The position numbers were made by a program, and so were the translations under genes. This document shows positions 35,157 through 43,808 of a DNA stretch of 64,000 bases, piece by piece. The stretch's first letter is position 1, and every line of letters starts with the position of its first letter. This DNA comes from an uncultured bacterium (GTDB lineage Bacteria; Verrucomicrobiota; Kiritimatiellia; CAIKKV01; CALHGX01). The notes beneath the pieces were generated by a model. That model had not been told where the DNA came from. It searched no databases and saw only the letters and a list, made by a program, of their open reading frames with translations. Where the stretch lies: assembly GCA_938031185.1 (NCBI GenBank), contig CALHGX010000024.1:13187-77186 (forward strand), given 5' to 3'.

Positions 35157-38100
35157 ATGAAAAACAACACGTTCGGGATGCGGCGCGAGATAATGGGCCT
35201 TGCAGCCGGCTTTTTGAGTCTGCCGCTCCTCATCACCTTGCCGGCAAAAGCCCAGACCATTTCCGGCATCGTCATCAATCAGTCCGTCTGGGACAACCTC
35301 GGCGCCGTCAGCACGCCCCCGGGTGACGGTTCTGGGGCGGGGTCCATCATGGTGGGCGTTTGGCGCGCGCCGTCGCCTCCTATCGGCACCCCATTGGCCT
35401 CGACCTCCGTGGCCTATACGGCCACCATGCCCTTTCCGTACCTTTCAGAACATCCCTACGCGCTCGGACCCCTTGCGGTCTCGGGCGAGGTTTCGGTTGT
35501 GGCTTGGGTAGACGCGAACGCCGACGGCCTTCTCCAAGCCGGCGAGCCCCGAAGCGCGGCATTGGGCCTCACAATCGCAAGCGACAATGTGCCCAACATG
35601 AATCTTCTGGTCACGGATGACGCGGACGGCGATGGCCTGCCGGACTGGTGGGAAGCCCGCTGGATGGGGAACCTGGATTCCGGAGGTGGTGGAGACGACG
35701 ATCGCGACGGATTGACCAATAGGGAGGAATTCGATGCGTCGCGCCGGCACCCGGGGCTCGTCATGCTCAACCCGTTGAACTGGGACAGCGACGGCGACAA
35801 GATGGACGACAAATGGGAACTCGATTACTACGCCGGCGGGGCGGGTCTCAATCCGATGGGTAACGACGCCTATGACGACGCTGACGGCGATGGCCTGGTC
35901 AACTACTATGAATACCTTGGCGTGGACGGCAAGCCGCGCCTCGAACAGGATCCCAACGAAAACACGGGTGTCGCCCGCTCCACCGGTAGCGCCGACGACC
36001 TTAACCCCATCGATCTGGACACGGATGACGACGGCCTGGTGGATAGCTTCGAGACGGCGTGGTACGACCCGGCCAACGGCATAGATCCGAAGTCGGCCGG
36101 CAACCACGCAGCCGATCCGGACCGCGACGGCCTGACCAACTACCGCGAGCAGTGCCTGCTGACCGCCTTCCGGCAGGGCGCCGCAAACGACATCTGGACA
36201 GAGGGCAGGGCTTCTTTCCCAAAAAGAAGTTCTAATGGCATGCGCATTTTTGTGCCGCCTGTTCAACTTGGGGCCACAAACGAAGCCAGTATTTTCGACG
36301 ACATCTGGACCCTGCGGAACCACAAATGGACTGACCCCTCCACGGGGAGCGGGTACCCGGACGAACAGCCCGTAAGCGGACGCGACGGATGGGACACGGA
36401 TCGGGACCTCCTCCCTGACGGATGGGAAGTGGAGTTCAACCTCGACCCGCAGGACGGCGCGCTCTTTGTTTGGAACGGCAGCGCCTGGATTCCCAACCCG
36501 AATGGTTTCATTGGCGATCCGGATGGCGATGGCCTCGTCAACGCTGAGGAGTTCATGGGACAGGATGGCTGGCGCGATCCAAACGATCTGTATGTGCGGG
36601 GATCCGGCGACGAAACAAACCCCCATGAGCACAACTGGCGCCCGGACAGCACGCCCACCAACGGCACCGCGGTGGCTCGTCCCCCTTATTCCCGCTGGTG
36701 GCTTGCTGGTCACCGCGCGGACGGAACACTTGGCGCAGCCCTCCCCACCCTCAGCCTCGGCACGGATGATGGGCAGGATACGGATGACGACGGGTTGACG
36801 GACCGTTTGGAAATACAGCAGGAGTACGACGAACGGGTGCCCGCTTCCAGCCCGGTTCACTCGATGGATCCCTTTGTGCGTCGGTCCGCGCTGATCACAT
36901 CCCTGCACGGCATCCGCATTCCTGATCCGGAAGGAAGTTCAGACTATGGCTACCGTCCGGATCTCCATGCCCGGGCTTGGACGCTCGAATGTTCCGTTCT
37001 TTTAGCCGCTCCCGGCCGGTATGGGCATCTCATCCGCATTCCCGGCCCCGTAAACTTGGAAGGCTATGTGGATGTGACCTGCCAACTCAGCTTGTCGAAC
37101 GGCATCCCGCAAGTCGCGTTCCAAACATTGGGAGGCAAGTGGTATCGCGTGAGCGGTCTTCCTCTGCCCACTAACCGATGGGTGCATCTGTCCGGCGTGT
37201 TTCAACCAGCCGATAACACTTTGGCCCTTTACGTAGACGGTATCTTCGTCCAGCAGGACCACGTATTCGAAGAGGGAGTCTCCAGTTGGGTCTACGCCAG
37301 CGCCACGAACCCGGTTCTTGGGCTCTCCGAAGCGGCAGGGCCGTTGACCAACGCGGTGTGGCTGGATGAAGTCCGCATCTGGAACACGGCTCGTTCCCCG
37401 GCGGACATCGAAACGTATCGCTCTCGGCTCGTGCCTCCGGCGACGCCCGGCCTCGTATTTTACGCTCGCTTCGACGACGGTGGCGCAACGGCTGAGGACT
37501 TCACACGAAAAGCACGCTCAAGCCTGTTGCGGGCGTCGGATTACCTTTTCGGCGATCACGGATACGCCCTGTCCGGCGGTTTTGCCCTCGCCACCAACCA
37601 CTTTGCCCCCGTCATCGGCGTGGACGATCGCGGCGCCGATGACAGCGATGGCGACGGTCTGCCCGATGGATGGGAGCTCGTTCACCATCTCGACCCCTTC
37701 TCCGCTGAAGGTGCCAACGGCGCCCTGGGCGATGTTGAGCCGGGCCAGCCCGACGGCCTCTGGAACATCTACGAGTATTGGTCGCGAACCAATCCTCGCG
37801 CCGACGATAGCGACCAAAACGGCATCCTCGACACGGAGGAGGATCTGGACGGCGACGAAGTGCCCAATCTCTTGGAACAATGGCTGGGCGGCCGCCCGGA
37901 TATCGTGGACACCGATGACGACGGGCAAACCGATTCACAGGAACTGATGGCCGGCACCAATCCCGCCGATCCGTTGGATCCGCCCGTTTCGCGGGCCATG
38001 CGCTTTGGCGGATCCGCCGCGGACTACTTGGAGGTGCCCATCGGAGCCAACCAGCGATGCACCGCTTGGTCACTGGAAGCTTGGGTTCGCCCTCACGTCT

Positions 38101-40727
38101 TGCCCACCGCACGAGCTTTCGTGCTCCGGCGCGCCGTGCAGGCCCTCTCGGGAGGCGCCTTCGCGCTCAACTACGTGCTGGGCATCCAAACCAATGGCGT
38201 CGGCGGCGCTGTCCCCTTCGCAGGATATGTCCGCCCAGACGGGCGAGCCTACCTGGTGGCCGGCGGCTTGATCGAAACCGGACTCTGGACGCATCTTGCG
38301 GCAGCGTACAGCCCGGAAACAGCCACCTTGACCTTGTACACGAACGGCAGTCTTTGCGCCGCGACCAACTCCTTCTTCCTCTCTCCACCGATCAACGGAA
38401 AGGGTGGCGAAACGTTCCTCCGAATCGGCGAGGATTTCAGCGGCGAACTGGATGAAATCCGCCTCTGGAACATGGCCCGCAATGGCACCCAGATTGTGGC
38501 CGGCCGCGATGGCCCCGTTCCTACCAATTCCACCGGTTTGATCCATTATTTCCGTTTCGATGACGGACAGGCTACGGAAGACGTAATGCCTTTTGGATTC
38601 TTCCACCGCCCCTACGGCCCCCAGGACTTCACACATCCCGAGGACTGGCATACCGGGTGGGCGCATGCCGCGCGCATCATTGGGAACGTCCAATTCGTTG
38701 AGCCCGGCGCATTTCTTTCTCCTCCCTCCCTCCGCGTGACGTTGCTTCCCGCGGAAGCGCGCACGGCAGGCGCCGCATGGTCTGTGGACGGGGGGCCGTC
38801 CAACGCCAGCGGCGACACGGTGCCCGATTTGGCTCCCGGTCCGCACACGGTGACATACATGCCTGTGTCCGGATGGACGCCCCCCACCAACGAAACGGTC
38901 ATCCTGACGAACGGCGTCAACACGGCCATTGTCCGAACGTATTTGATGAACGGCCGCCTGCGCGTCGCCATCGAGCCCGCCGGGGCGCGGGCCGCAGGGG
39001 CTCAGTGGGCAGTGGACGGAGGCCCCTGGCTGAACAGCGGCACCGTCGCCAGCAACCTCACCGTCGGTTTACATACCATCACCTTCCGCACCATCACCCA
39101 CTGGCTGGCCCCGTCTCCGCAGGCGGTGACCATCAACGAGAATGCCGAAACCAGCCTCCTGATCTGGTATACGGAAATCACCGGCGGCATCCGAGCTTAT
39201 ATTGAGCCGGAGGCCGCCCGTGTAGCCGGTGCCCGATGGCAGGTGGACGGCGGCCCCGCCCAATCCAGCGGCGCTCTCGTCACCAATCTGCCGCTGGGAA
39301 GTCATTTGGTTTCCTTCACGGATATTCCACCCTGGATCACACCAGCCGCCGTGTGGGTGGACTTGACCAACGCCGCACCGGTCGTGCTGACCGGGACGTA
39401 CTCGCAAGTGACAGGACTCTACGTCGTGATCCAGCCGACCAACGCCGTGGCGGATGGCGCCATGTGGCGCCTGGCTGGCGGCCAGTTCACGAATAGCGGA
39501 ACGCTGCTTGTCCTCGCCCCCGGCCTTTACACCGTGGAGTTTGCGACCGTACCGGGTTGGGCGGCTCCCCCCAGCGTGACGGTCGGGGTGACGAACGATA
39601 TGACCACAATCGTCGAAGGACTCTACTATCAATACACCGTCCTCGCCCTGAACGGAACCAATGTCGGCCAGGTGCTCAAGCCGCGCGGCATGGCCTTCAA
39701 CTCCCGCCGCTACTTGCATGTGGCGGACAGCGGCAACCACCGCATCCACGTGCTCGACCCGCGCACAGAAACGTGGACCGTTATCGGGGGGCCAGGCACC
39801 AACGCCGGTCAGTTCAACCAACCCTTCGGCGTGGCTTTCGACCCTTGGGATAATTTGTACGTGGCAGACGGAAACAACCACCGCGTGCAGCGCCGCGATG
39901 CACAGACCGGCAACTGGGTCAGTTGGGGGGTCTACGGGACATCCAATGGCCAGTTTATCGTGCCTCATCGCATTGTGGCCGACGCGTGGACGAACCTCTA
40001 CGTATCCGATCATTTCAATCATCGTGTGCAGAAACGCGATGCCAGCGGAGTTTGGTCCACACTCATCGCGCCCGGCTTCAACGCCGGCTATGTGCGAAAC
40101 CCGTCCGGCTTGGCCATGGACGCGTCCAATCGCCTCTATGTCACGGACTATGCCGTGCTCTCCACCACCACGGTAAGCCGTGTTCAGCAGTTCGCCACCA
40201 ACGGCATGTTCCTCGGACGTATTGCCGGCTCCGGCGCGGACGAAGGAGGGCTGAACAACCCGCGCGACATCAAGCTGGGTTTTGAAACGAATCTCTTCAT
40301 CGCGGATATGGACAACCATCGCATCGTGGTCGGGCCCCTCGGCACGGGGCAGTGGACAACGGTGATTGGCGGTGATGCCCTCCGTTTCCCTGAAGGTATT
40401 GCCGTCAGCCCCCGCGGCTACCTGTATATTGCCGATACGGGCAATGACCGGGTGCTGAAACTCGCCTATTCCCCCACCGCCCTGAGCGCCCCGCTTGTGC
40501 TTTCCGGCGTCGGCAGCTTGCCGGGAACAAATGGATTGGTCATTACATGGACCGGGGAGGAAAACTGGCTCTACGCCGTCCAGTACACGGAAGACTTGCT
40601 GACGACCAATGGATGGACCGACCTCTCCGGATGCGTGAATCTGCCGGGAGTGGCGGGGCCGATGAGCTGCACGGACACCTCCTATACCGGCGCCGTATGG
40701 AGAGCCTATCGGGTTCTAGCTTACTGA
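35157..40727 (+). CDS. giant secreted multidomain protein: TSP3-type Ca-binding repeats, two LamG-like lectin domains, four PEGA/Ig-like repeats, six NHL repeats
   Basis: 1856-aa ORF after ggaggggg, with signal peptide ...ITLPAKA|QT. About 12 DxDxDGxxDxxE motifs are present (DADGDGLPDWWE, DSDGDKMDDKWE, DADGDGLVNYYE, DTDDDGLVDSFE, DPDRDGLTNYRE ...). Two LamG_3-like cores end in LDEVRIWNTARSPADI and LDEIRLWNMARNGTQI. There are NHL-like blades (YVADGNNHRVQRRD, YVSDHFNHRVQKRD, FIADMDNHRIVV, YIADTGNDRVLKL). Confidence 0.85.
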   Translation: MKNNTFGMRREIMGLAAGFLSLPLLITLPAKAQTISGIVINQSVWDNLGAVSTPPGDGSGAGSIMVGVWRAPSPPIGTPLASTSVAYTATMPFPYLSEHPYALGPLAVSGEVSVVAWVDANADGLLQAGEPRSAALGLTIASDNVPNMNLLVTDDADGDGLPDWWEARWMGNLDSGGGGDDDRDGLTNREEFDASRRHPGLVMLNPLNWDSDGDKMDDKWELDYYAGGAGLNPMGNDAYDDADGDGLVNYYEYLGVDGKPRLEQDPNENTGVARSTGSADDLNPIDLDTDDDGLVDSFETAWYDPANGIDPKSAGNHAADPDRDGLTNYREQCLLTAFRQGAANDIWTEGRASFPKRSSNGMRIFVPPVQLGATNEASIFDDIWTLRNHKWTDPSTGSGYPDEQPVSGRDGWDTDRDLLPDGWEVEFNLDPQDGALFVWNGSAWIPNPNGFIGDPDGDGLVNAEEFMGQDGWRDPNDLYVRGSGDETNPHEHNWRPDSTPTNGTAVARPPYSRWWLAGHRADGTLGAALPTLSLGTDDGQDTDDDGLTDRLEIQQEYDERVPASSPVHSMDPFVRRSALITSLHGIRIPDPEGSSDYGYRPDLHARAWTLECSVLLAAPGRYGHLIRIPGPVNLEGYVDVTCQLSLSNGIPQVAFQTLGGKWYRVSGLPLPTNRWVHLSGVFQPADNTLALYVDGIFVQQDHVFEEGVSSWVYASATNPVLGLSEAAGPLTNAVWLDEVRIWNTARSPADIETYRSRLVPPATPGLVFYARFDDGGATAEDFTRKARSSLLRASDYLFGDHGYALSGGFALATNHFAPVIGVDDRGADDSDGDGLPDGWELVHHLDPFSAEGANGALGDVEPGQPDGLWNIYEYWSRTNPRADDSDQNGILDTEEDLDGDEVPNLLEQWLGGRPDIVDTDDDGQTDSQELMAGTNPADPLDPPVSRAMRFGGSAADYLEVPIGANQRCTAWSLEAWVRPHVLPTARAFVLRRAVQALSGGAFALNYVLGIQTNGVGGAVPFAGYVRPDGRAYLVAGGLIETGLWTHLAAAYSPETATLTLYTNGSLCAATNSFFLSPPINGKGGETFLRIGEDFSGELDEIRLWNMARNGTQIVAGRDGPVPTNSTGLIHYFRFDDGQATEDVMPFGFFHRPYGPQDFTHPEDWHTGWAHAARIIGNVQFVEPGAFLSPPSLRVTLLPAEARTAGAAWSVDGGPSNASGDTVPDLAPGPHTVTYMPVSGWTPPTNETVILTNGVNTAIVRTYLMNGRLRVAIEPAGARAAGAQWAVDGGPWLNSGTVASNLTVGLHTITFRTITHWLAPSPQAVTINENAETSLLIWYTEITGGIRAYIEPEAARVAGARWQVDGGPAQSSGALVTNLPLGSHLVSFTDIPPWITPAAVWVDLTNAAPVVLTGTYSQVTGLYVVIQPTNAVADGAMWRLAGGQFTNSGTLLVLAPGLYTVEFATVPGWAAPPSVTVGVTNDMTTIVEGLYYQYTVLALNGTNVGQVLKPRGMAFNSRRYLHVADSGNHRIHVLDPRTETWTVIGGPGTNAGQFNQPFGVAFDPWDNLYVADGNNHRVQRRDAQTGNWVSWGVYGTSNGQFIVPHRIVADAWTNLYVSDHFNHRVQKRDASGVWSTLIAPGFNAGYVRNPSGLAMDASNRLYVTDYAVLSTTTVSRVQQFATNGMFLGRIAGSGADEGGLNNPRDIKLGFETNLFIADMDNHRIVVGPLGTGQWTTVIGGDALRFPEGIAVSPRGYLYIADTGNDRVLKLAYSPTALSAPLVLSGVGSLPGTNGLVITWTGEENWLYAVQYTEDLLTTNGWTDLSGCVNLPGVAGPMSCTDTSYTGAVWRAYRVLAY
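38727..39632 (+). repeat. four tandem ~75-aa (~228-bp) intragenic domain repeats (PEGA-like)
   Basis: Protein residues 1191-1492 form four repeats. Each has the pattern [LI]xPxxAxxAGAxWxVDGGPxxxSGxxxxxLxxGxHTxxFxxxxxWxxPxxxxVxxxxxxxxxxxxxY. The repeats begin SLRVTLLPAEARTAGAAWSVDGGP, RLRVAIEPAGARAAGAQWAVDGGP, IRAYIEPEAARVAGARWQVDGGP and LYVVIQPTNAVADGAMWRLAGGQ. Confidence 0.6.
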
Positions 40728-40756
40728 CCGATTCTCCGAACATGGTATAGCGGATA

Positions 40757-42583
40757 ATGTATAGAAAGGACAACGCAGTGAAAAACAGATGGATACGCTC
40801 TCTCGCCTTGATCGGCCTGGGTATGATGCTCGTCTCTGGCCTCTCGCGTGCCCAGGAGCCATCGGTCACCGAATCGCCGGCCGCCCTGCCGCCATCCGCG
40901 GCACAGGCAGATGCGCCGGCCCCGCCGCCCGTCACGCCGCCGGAAGAAGAACTGCTTCCCGTATCGCCCGGCGACGTGAGCGTGTCCGGCGCCACCGTGA
41001 CGTCCAGCACCCAAGGGAATAACCTGATCTCCATCACCCTGGACGACGTGCCGTTGCAGGACGTGGTGCGCATGTTTACGCGCATATCGGGCGCCAATAT
41101 CATTGCCAGCGCCTCCAACCTTCAGGGGACGGTCAGCGTCAACATACAGGACGTGGATTGGAAAACTGCCCTGGAATCCATCTTGGACATGCACGGTCTG
41201 GCGCTGACCGAGAAAACACCGGGATCGCGGGTCTACAGCATCACCGCTAAGGCTGAAGGAGCCCCGGAACCGCTGATTTCCGAAACCATCAAGCTCACCT
41301 ATGCCGCCGTGGCCAACGTGTTGCCAGTCGTCCAGTCTCTCGTGGGGGCCAACGGTTCAGTGGTGCCGTTCGCCTCGGGCAACTCGCTCGTGGTGCGCAC
41401 CACCGCCGCCGGGCTGGCGGAAATCAAGAATGTGATTTCTTCCATAGACCTGCCCCGCCGCCAGGTTTATATCGAGGCCAAGTTCATGGAACTCAGCGAT
41501 CAGGCCATCAAGGACCTCGGCATTAATTGGAAATCCCTCCAGGGGGTCAACATTACCCTCGGACAGCTCAGCCGCTCCTTGGAGTCCAACAAGACGCAGA
41601 CTCGGGATAAGCGCCGCGACAGCAGTTTGAGTCAAGTCAACAGCGTCTCCCATGTCGATCAGGTTAACGAGCGGTTCGATATCAACGGGCAACCCTATGA
41701 GGAAGTAACGAAGTCCTACGTGGAATCCCCTCCGGGGTCCGGAAACTATCTCCTGCAGGAAACCCGCACCCCCACCCGGCTGCGCGACGATACGATTGAC
41801 CAATCGCAAAAGGCGACACTGGATATCTTGGACGCGAATTCTTCTTTGAAGACCGTCACGGACATCCGAACGGCCGTTCTCAGCATGAGCGATTTCACGG
41901 TCATGTTGAGTGCACTCAAGCAGATCAACGGCATCACCATCGTCTCCAATCCAAAGATCATCGTGGCCAACGAGGAAACGGCCACGATCCACATCGGTGA
42001 ACGACAGCGGCCGTTCATTTCCTCCGTCACCCCGGGCCAGCAGGGCATCGCGCCGGTCGTCACCTATAACCCGGGTGACGCGGTAGATTTCGGTGTGAAG
42101 GTGAACGTGACGCCCACCGTCAACACAGACAACAACATCACCGTCAAAATCGAACCCCAATTGACCCGGTTCGTCAACGACGCCGTCGCGCCGAACGGTC
42201 AAACCTATCCGATTATCGCCACTAAAACCATCAAGACCGTTTTCAGCCTCGAAAGCGGCAAGACGGCCGCCATCGGCGGGTTGACGGAGACGAGCGAACG
42301 AGACGCCGTCAGCAAGATTCCCCTCCTCGGCGACATTCCGCTAGTCGGCAAATACCTGTTCTCGCACACGCACAAGGAAAAGACCCAGCAGGAAACCATC
42401 ATTTTCGTGACGGTCTGGGTCTCCGAGCCGGAAGGCATCGGCAAGGAGACTGGATTGCCCGAAGATTCAGACCTCGTGCACCGCCACATGCTCCGTCAGG
42501 ACGCTTCCCGAGCCGAATCGCGCAGAAAGATTGAAGGCATGAGGAAGGCGGCTCAGGATAAAGAAGCGGCCGCTACGCCCTAG
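40757..42583 (+). CDS. pilQ: secretin (PilQ/GspD family outer-membrane channel)
   Basis: 608-aa ORF. An alternative start is GTG 40778, 6 nt after aagga. It has a signal peptide, a Pro/Ala-rich linker, N0/N1-like domains and a C-terminal secretin core (ITIVSNPKIIVANEETATIHIGE...SKIPLLGDIPLVGKYLF). Confidence 0.9.
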   Translation: MYRKDNAVKNRWIRSLALIGLGMMLVSGLSRAQEPSVTESPAALPPSAAQADAPAPPPVTPPEEELLPVSPGDVSVSGATVTSSTQGNNLISITLDDVPLQDVVRMFTRISGANIIASASNLQGTVSVNIQDVDWKTALESILDMHGLALTEKTPGSRVYSITAKAEGAPEPLISETIKLTYAAVANVLPVVQSLVGANGSVVPFASGNSLVVRTTAAGLAEIKNVISSIDLPRRQVYIEAKFMELSDQAIKDLGINWKSLQGVNITLGQLSRSLESNKTQTRDKRRDSSLSQVNSVSHVDQVNERFDINGQPYEEVTKSYVESPPGSGNYLLQETRTPTRLRDDTIDQSQKATLDILDANSSLKTVTDIRTAVLSMSDFTVMLSALKQINGITIVSNPKIIVANEETATIHIGERQRPFISSVTPGQQGIAPVVTYNPGDAVDFGVKVNVTPTVNTDNNITVKIEPQLTRFVNDAVAPNGQTYPIIATKTIKTVFSLESGKTAAIGGLTETSERDAVSKIPLLGDIPLVGKYLFSHTHKEKTQQETIIFVTVWVSEPEGIGKETGLPEDSDLVHRHMLRQDASRAESRRKIEGMRKAAQDKEAAATP

Positions 42584-42660
42584 CATCTCTCCATTCCTGC
42601 CTTCCATTCCGCATTTGAAATGGGCAGAGTCTTGGCCTTCGGGGGCCCAACTGGAATTCG

Positions 42661-42737
42661 TGGCGTACCTGGCAGGACTTGAACCTGCAACCTTCTGATC
42701 CGTAGTCAGATGCTCTGTCCAATTGAGCTACAGGTAC
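42661..42737 (-). tRNA. tRNA-Arg (anticodon ACG), CCA encoded
   Basis: The reverse strand folds as gtacctg-ta-gctc-aattggaca-gagc-a-tctga-CTACGGA-tcaga-aggtt-gcagg-ttcaagt-cctgc-caggtac-g-cca, a 77-nt cloverleaf. Confidence 0.9.
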
Positions 42738-42782
42738 GCATCAGGAAGTGCTAATATAATCAGTGAATCGTCTTTTGCAACC

Positions 42783-43808
42783 ATGAAAGACCTGTCTGAC
42801 AAGATAGAGCAGCACCGGCGCGAGTGGGGCCCGCGCCTCCTGGTGCTCGGCCACTATTACCAGCGGGAGTCAGTGCTGCGGCACGCGGACCGAATAGGCG
42901 ATTCGCTGGAGCTGTCTCACGCGGCGGCCCGCGCATCGGCGGCCGAGCGCATTGTGTTCTGCGGGGTTCATTTCATGGCCGAATCGGCGGCCATACTGGC
43001 CCTGCCCCATCAGACCGTCTTCATGCCGGAGGTTTCGGCGGGCTGCCCTATGGCCGACATGGCCGATGCCGACCGTGTGGCGGCGGCCTGGCATTTCCTG
43101 CAGAGGCACGGCGCCGACTGGATTCCCATCGTGTATGTCAACAGCTCCGCCGCCGTAAAGGCTTTTTGCGGGCGCGCAGGCGGCAGTGCCTGCACGTCGG
43201 GCAATGCAGAGCGAGTGGTTCGCTGGGCACTGGCCCAGGGACGTCGCCCCTTTTTTCTGCCTGATCAGCATTTAGGGCTCAATGTCGCAAGGGATGTGGG
43301 GCTCGCCGACGACGACGTGGCGATTTTCGATCGCCGCCTCCCGGATGGCGGGCTGTCGCCCGACCGCCTTCTTCGCGCCCGCATGGTGGTTTGGAACGGC
43401 CACTGCATCGTGCACGTGGCGTTCAGCGTGGACCAGATTACCCAAATCCGCGCGCGCCATCCTGAGGCCCGCATCATCGTCCACCCCGAATGTCCGCGCG
43501 AAGTAACCGCCCTCGCCGATGCGCATGGCTCCACCGCCCGCATCGTGGAATACGTGCGCGCAGCCCCTGCCGGCAGCCTCATCTTCGTCGGCACGGAGCT
43601 CAATCTCGTGGAGCGGCTGGCGCGGGAACAGCAGGGGCGCTGCACCGTCAAGGCGCTTCGCCCCTCCGTCTGCGCCAACATGGCCAAGACCAACGAACAG
43701 AATCTGGCGGAGCTGCTCGACCAATGGCCCGAATCCCGCTTGGTCCGCGTCCCGCCGGCAATGGCAGACGACGCCCGCCAGGCCCTGGAACGAATGCTGC
43801 ACCTGTGA
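42783..43808 (+). CDS. nadA: quinolinate synthase
   Basis: ORF 42723..43808. The ATG at 42783 avoids overlap with the tRNA. Motifs: LLVLGHYYQRESV, FCGVHFMAESAAIL, AGCPMADMA. Confidence 0.85.
   Translation: MKDLSDKIEQHRREWGPRLLVLGHYYQRESVLRHADRIGDSLELSHAAARASAAERIVFCGVHFMAESAAILALPHQTVFMPEVSAGCPMADMADADRVAAAWHFLQRHGADWIPIVYVNSSAAVKAFCGRAGGSACTSGNAERVVRWALAQGRRPFFLPDQHLGLNVARDVGLADDDVAIFDRRLPDGGLSPDRLLRARMVVWNGHCIVHVAFSVDQITQIRARHPEARIIVHPECPREVTALADAHGSTARIVEYVRAAPAGSLIFVGTELNLVERLAREQQGRCTVKALRPSVCANMAKTNEQNLAELLDQWPESRLVRVPPAMADDARQALERMLHL

Noticed and set aside
35445-40319. Minus-strand ORFs 35445..36908 (487 aa) and 39069..40319 (416 aa), antisense to the giant adhesin-like gene.
   Set aside because: These are shadow frames of a GC-rich gene. 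Their composition is Arg/Val/Gly-rich with no recognisable domain. The plus-strand frame carries many unmistakable TSP3, LamG and NHL motifs.
42723-42782. Upstream part of ORF 42723..43808 as the nadA start.
   Set aside because: It overlaps the tRNA-Arg gene (42661..42737). The ATG at 42783 gives a normal NadA N-terminus.
43490-43804. Upstream 105 codons of ORF 43490..45904 as part of uvrB.
   Set aside because: This stretch lies inside nadA in another frame and is Arg/Pro-rich. The UvrB homology starts right after the GTG at 43805.
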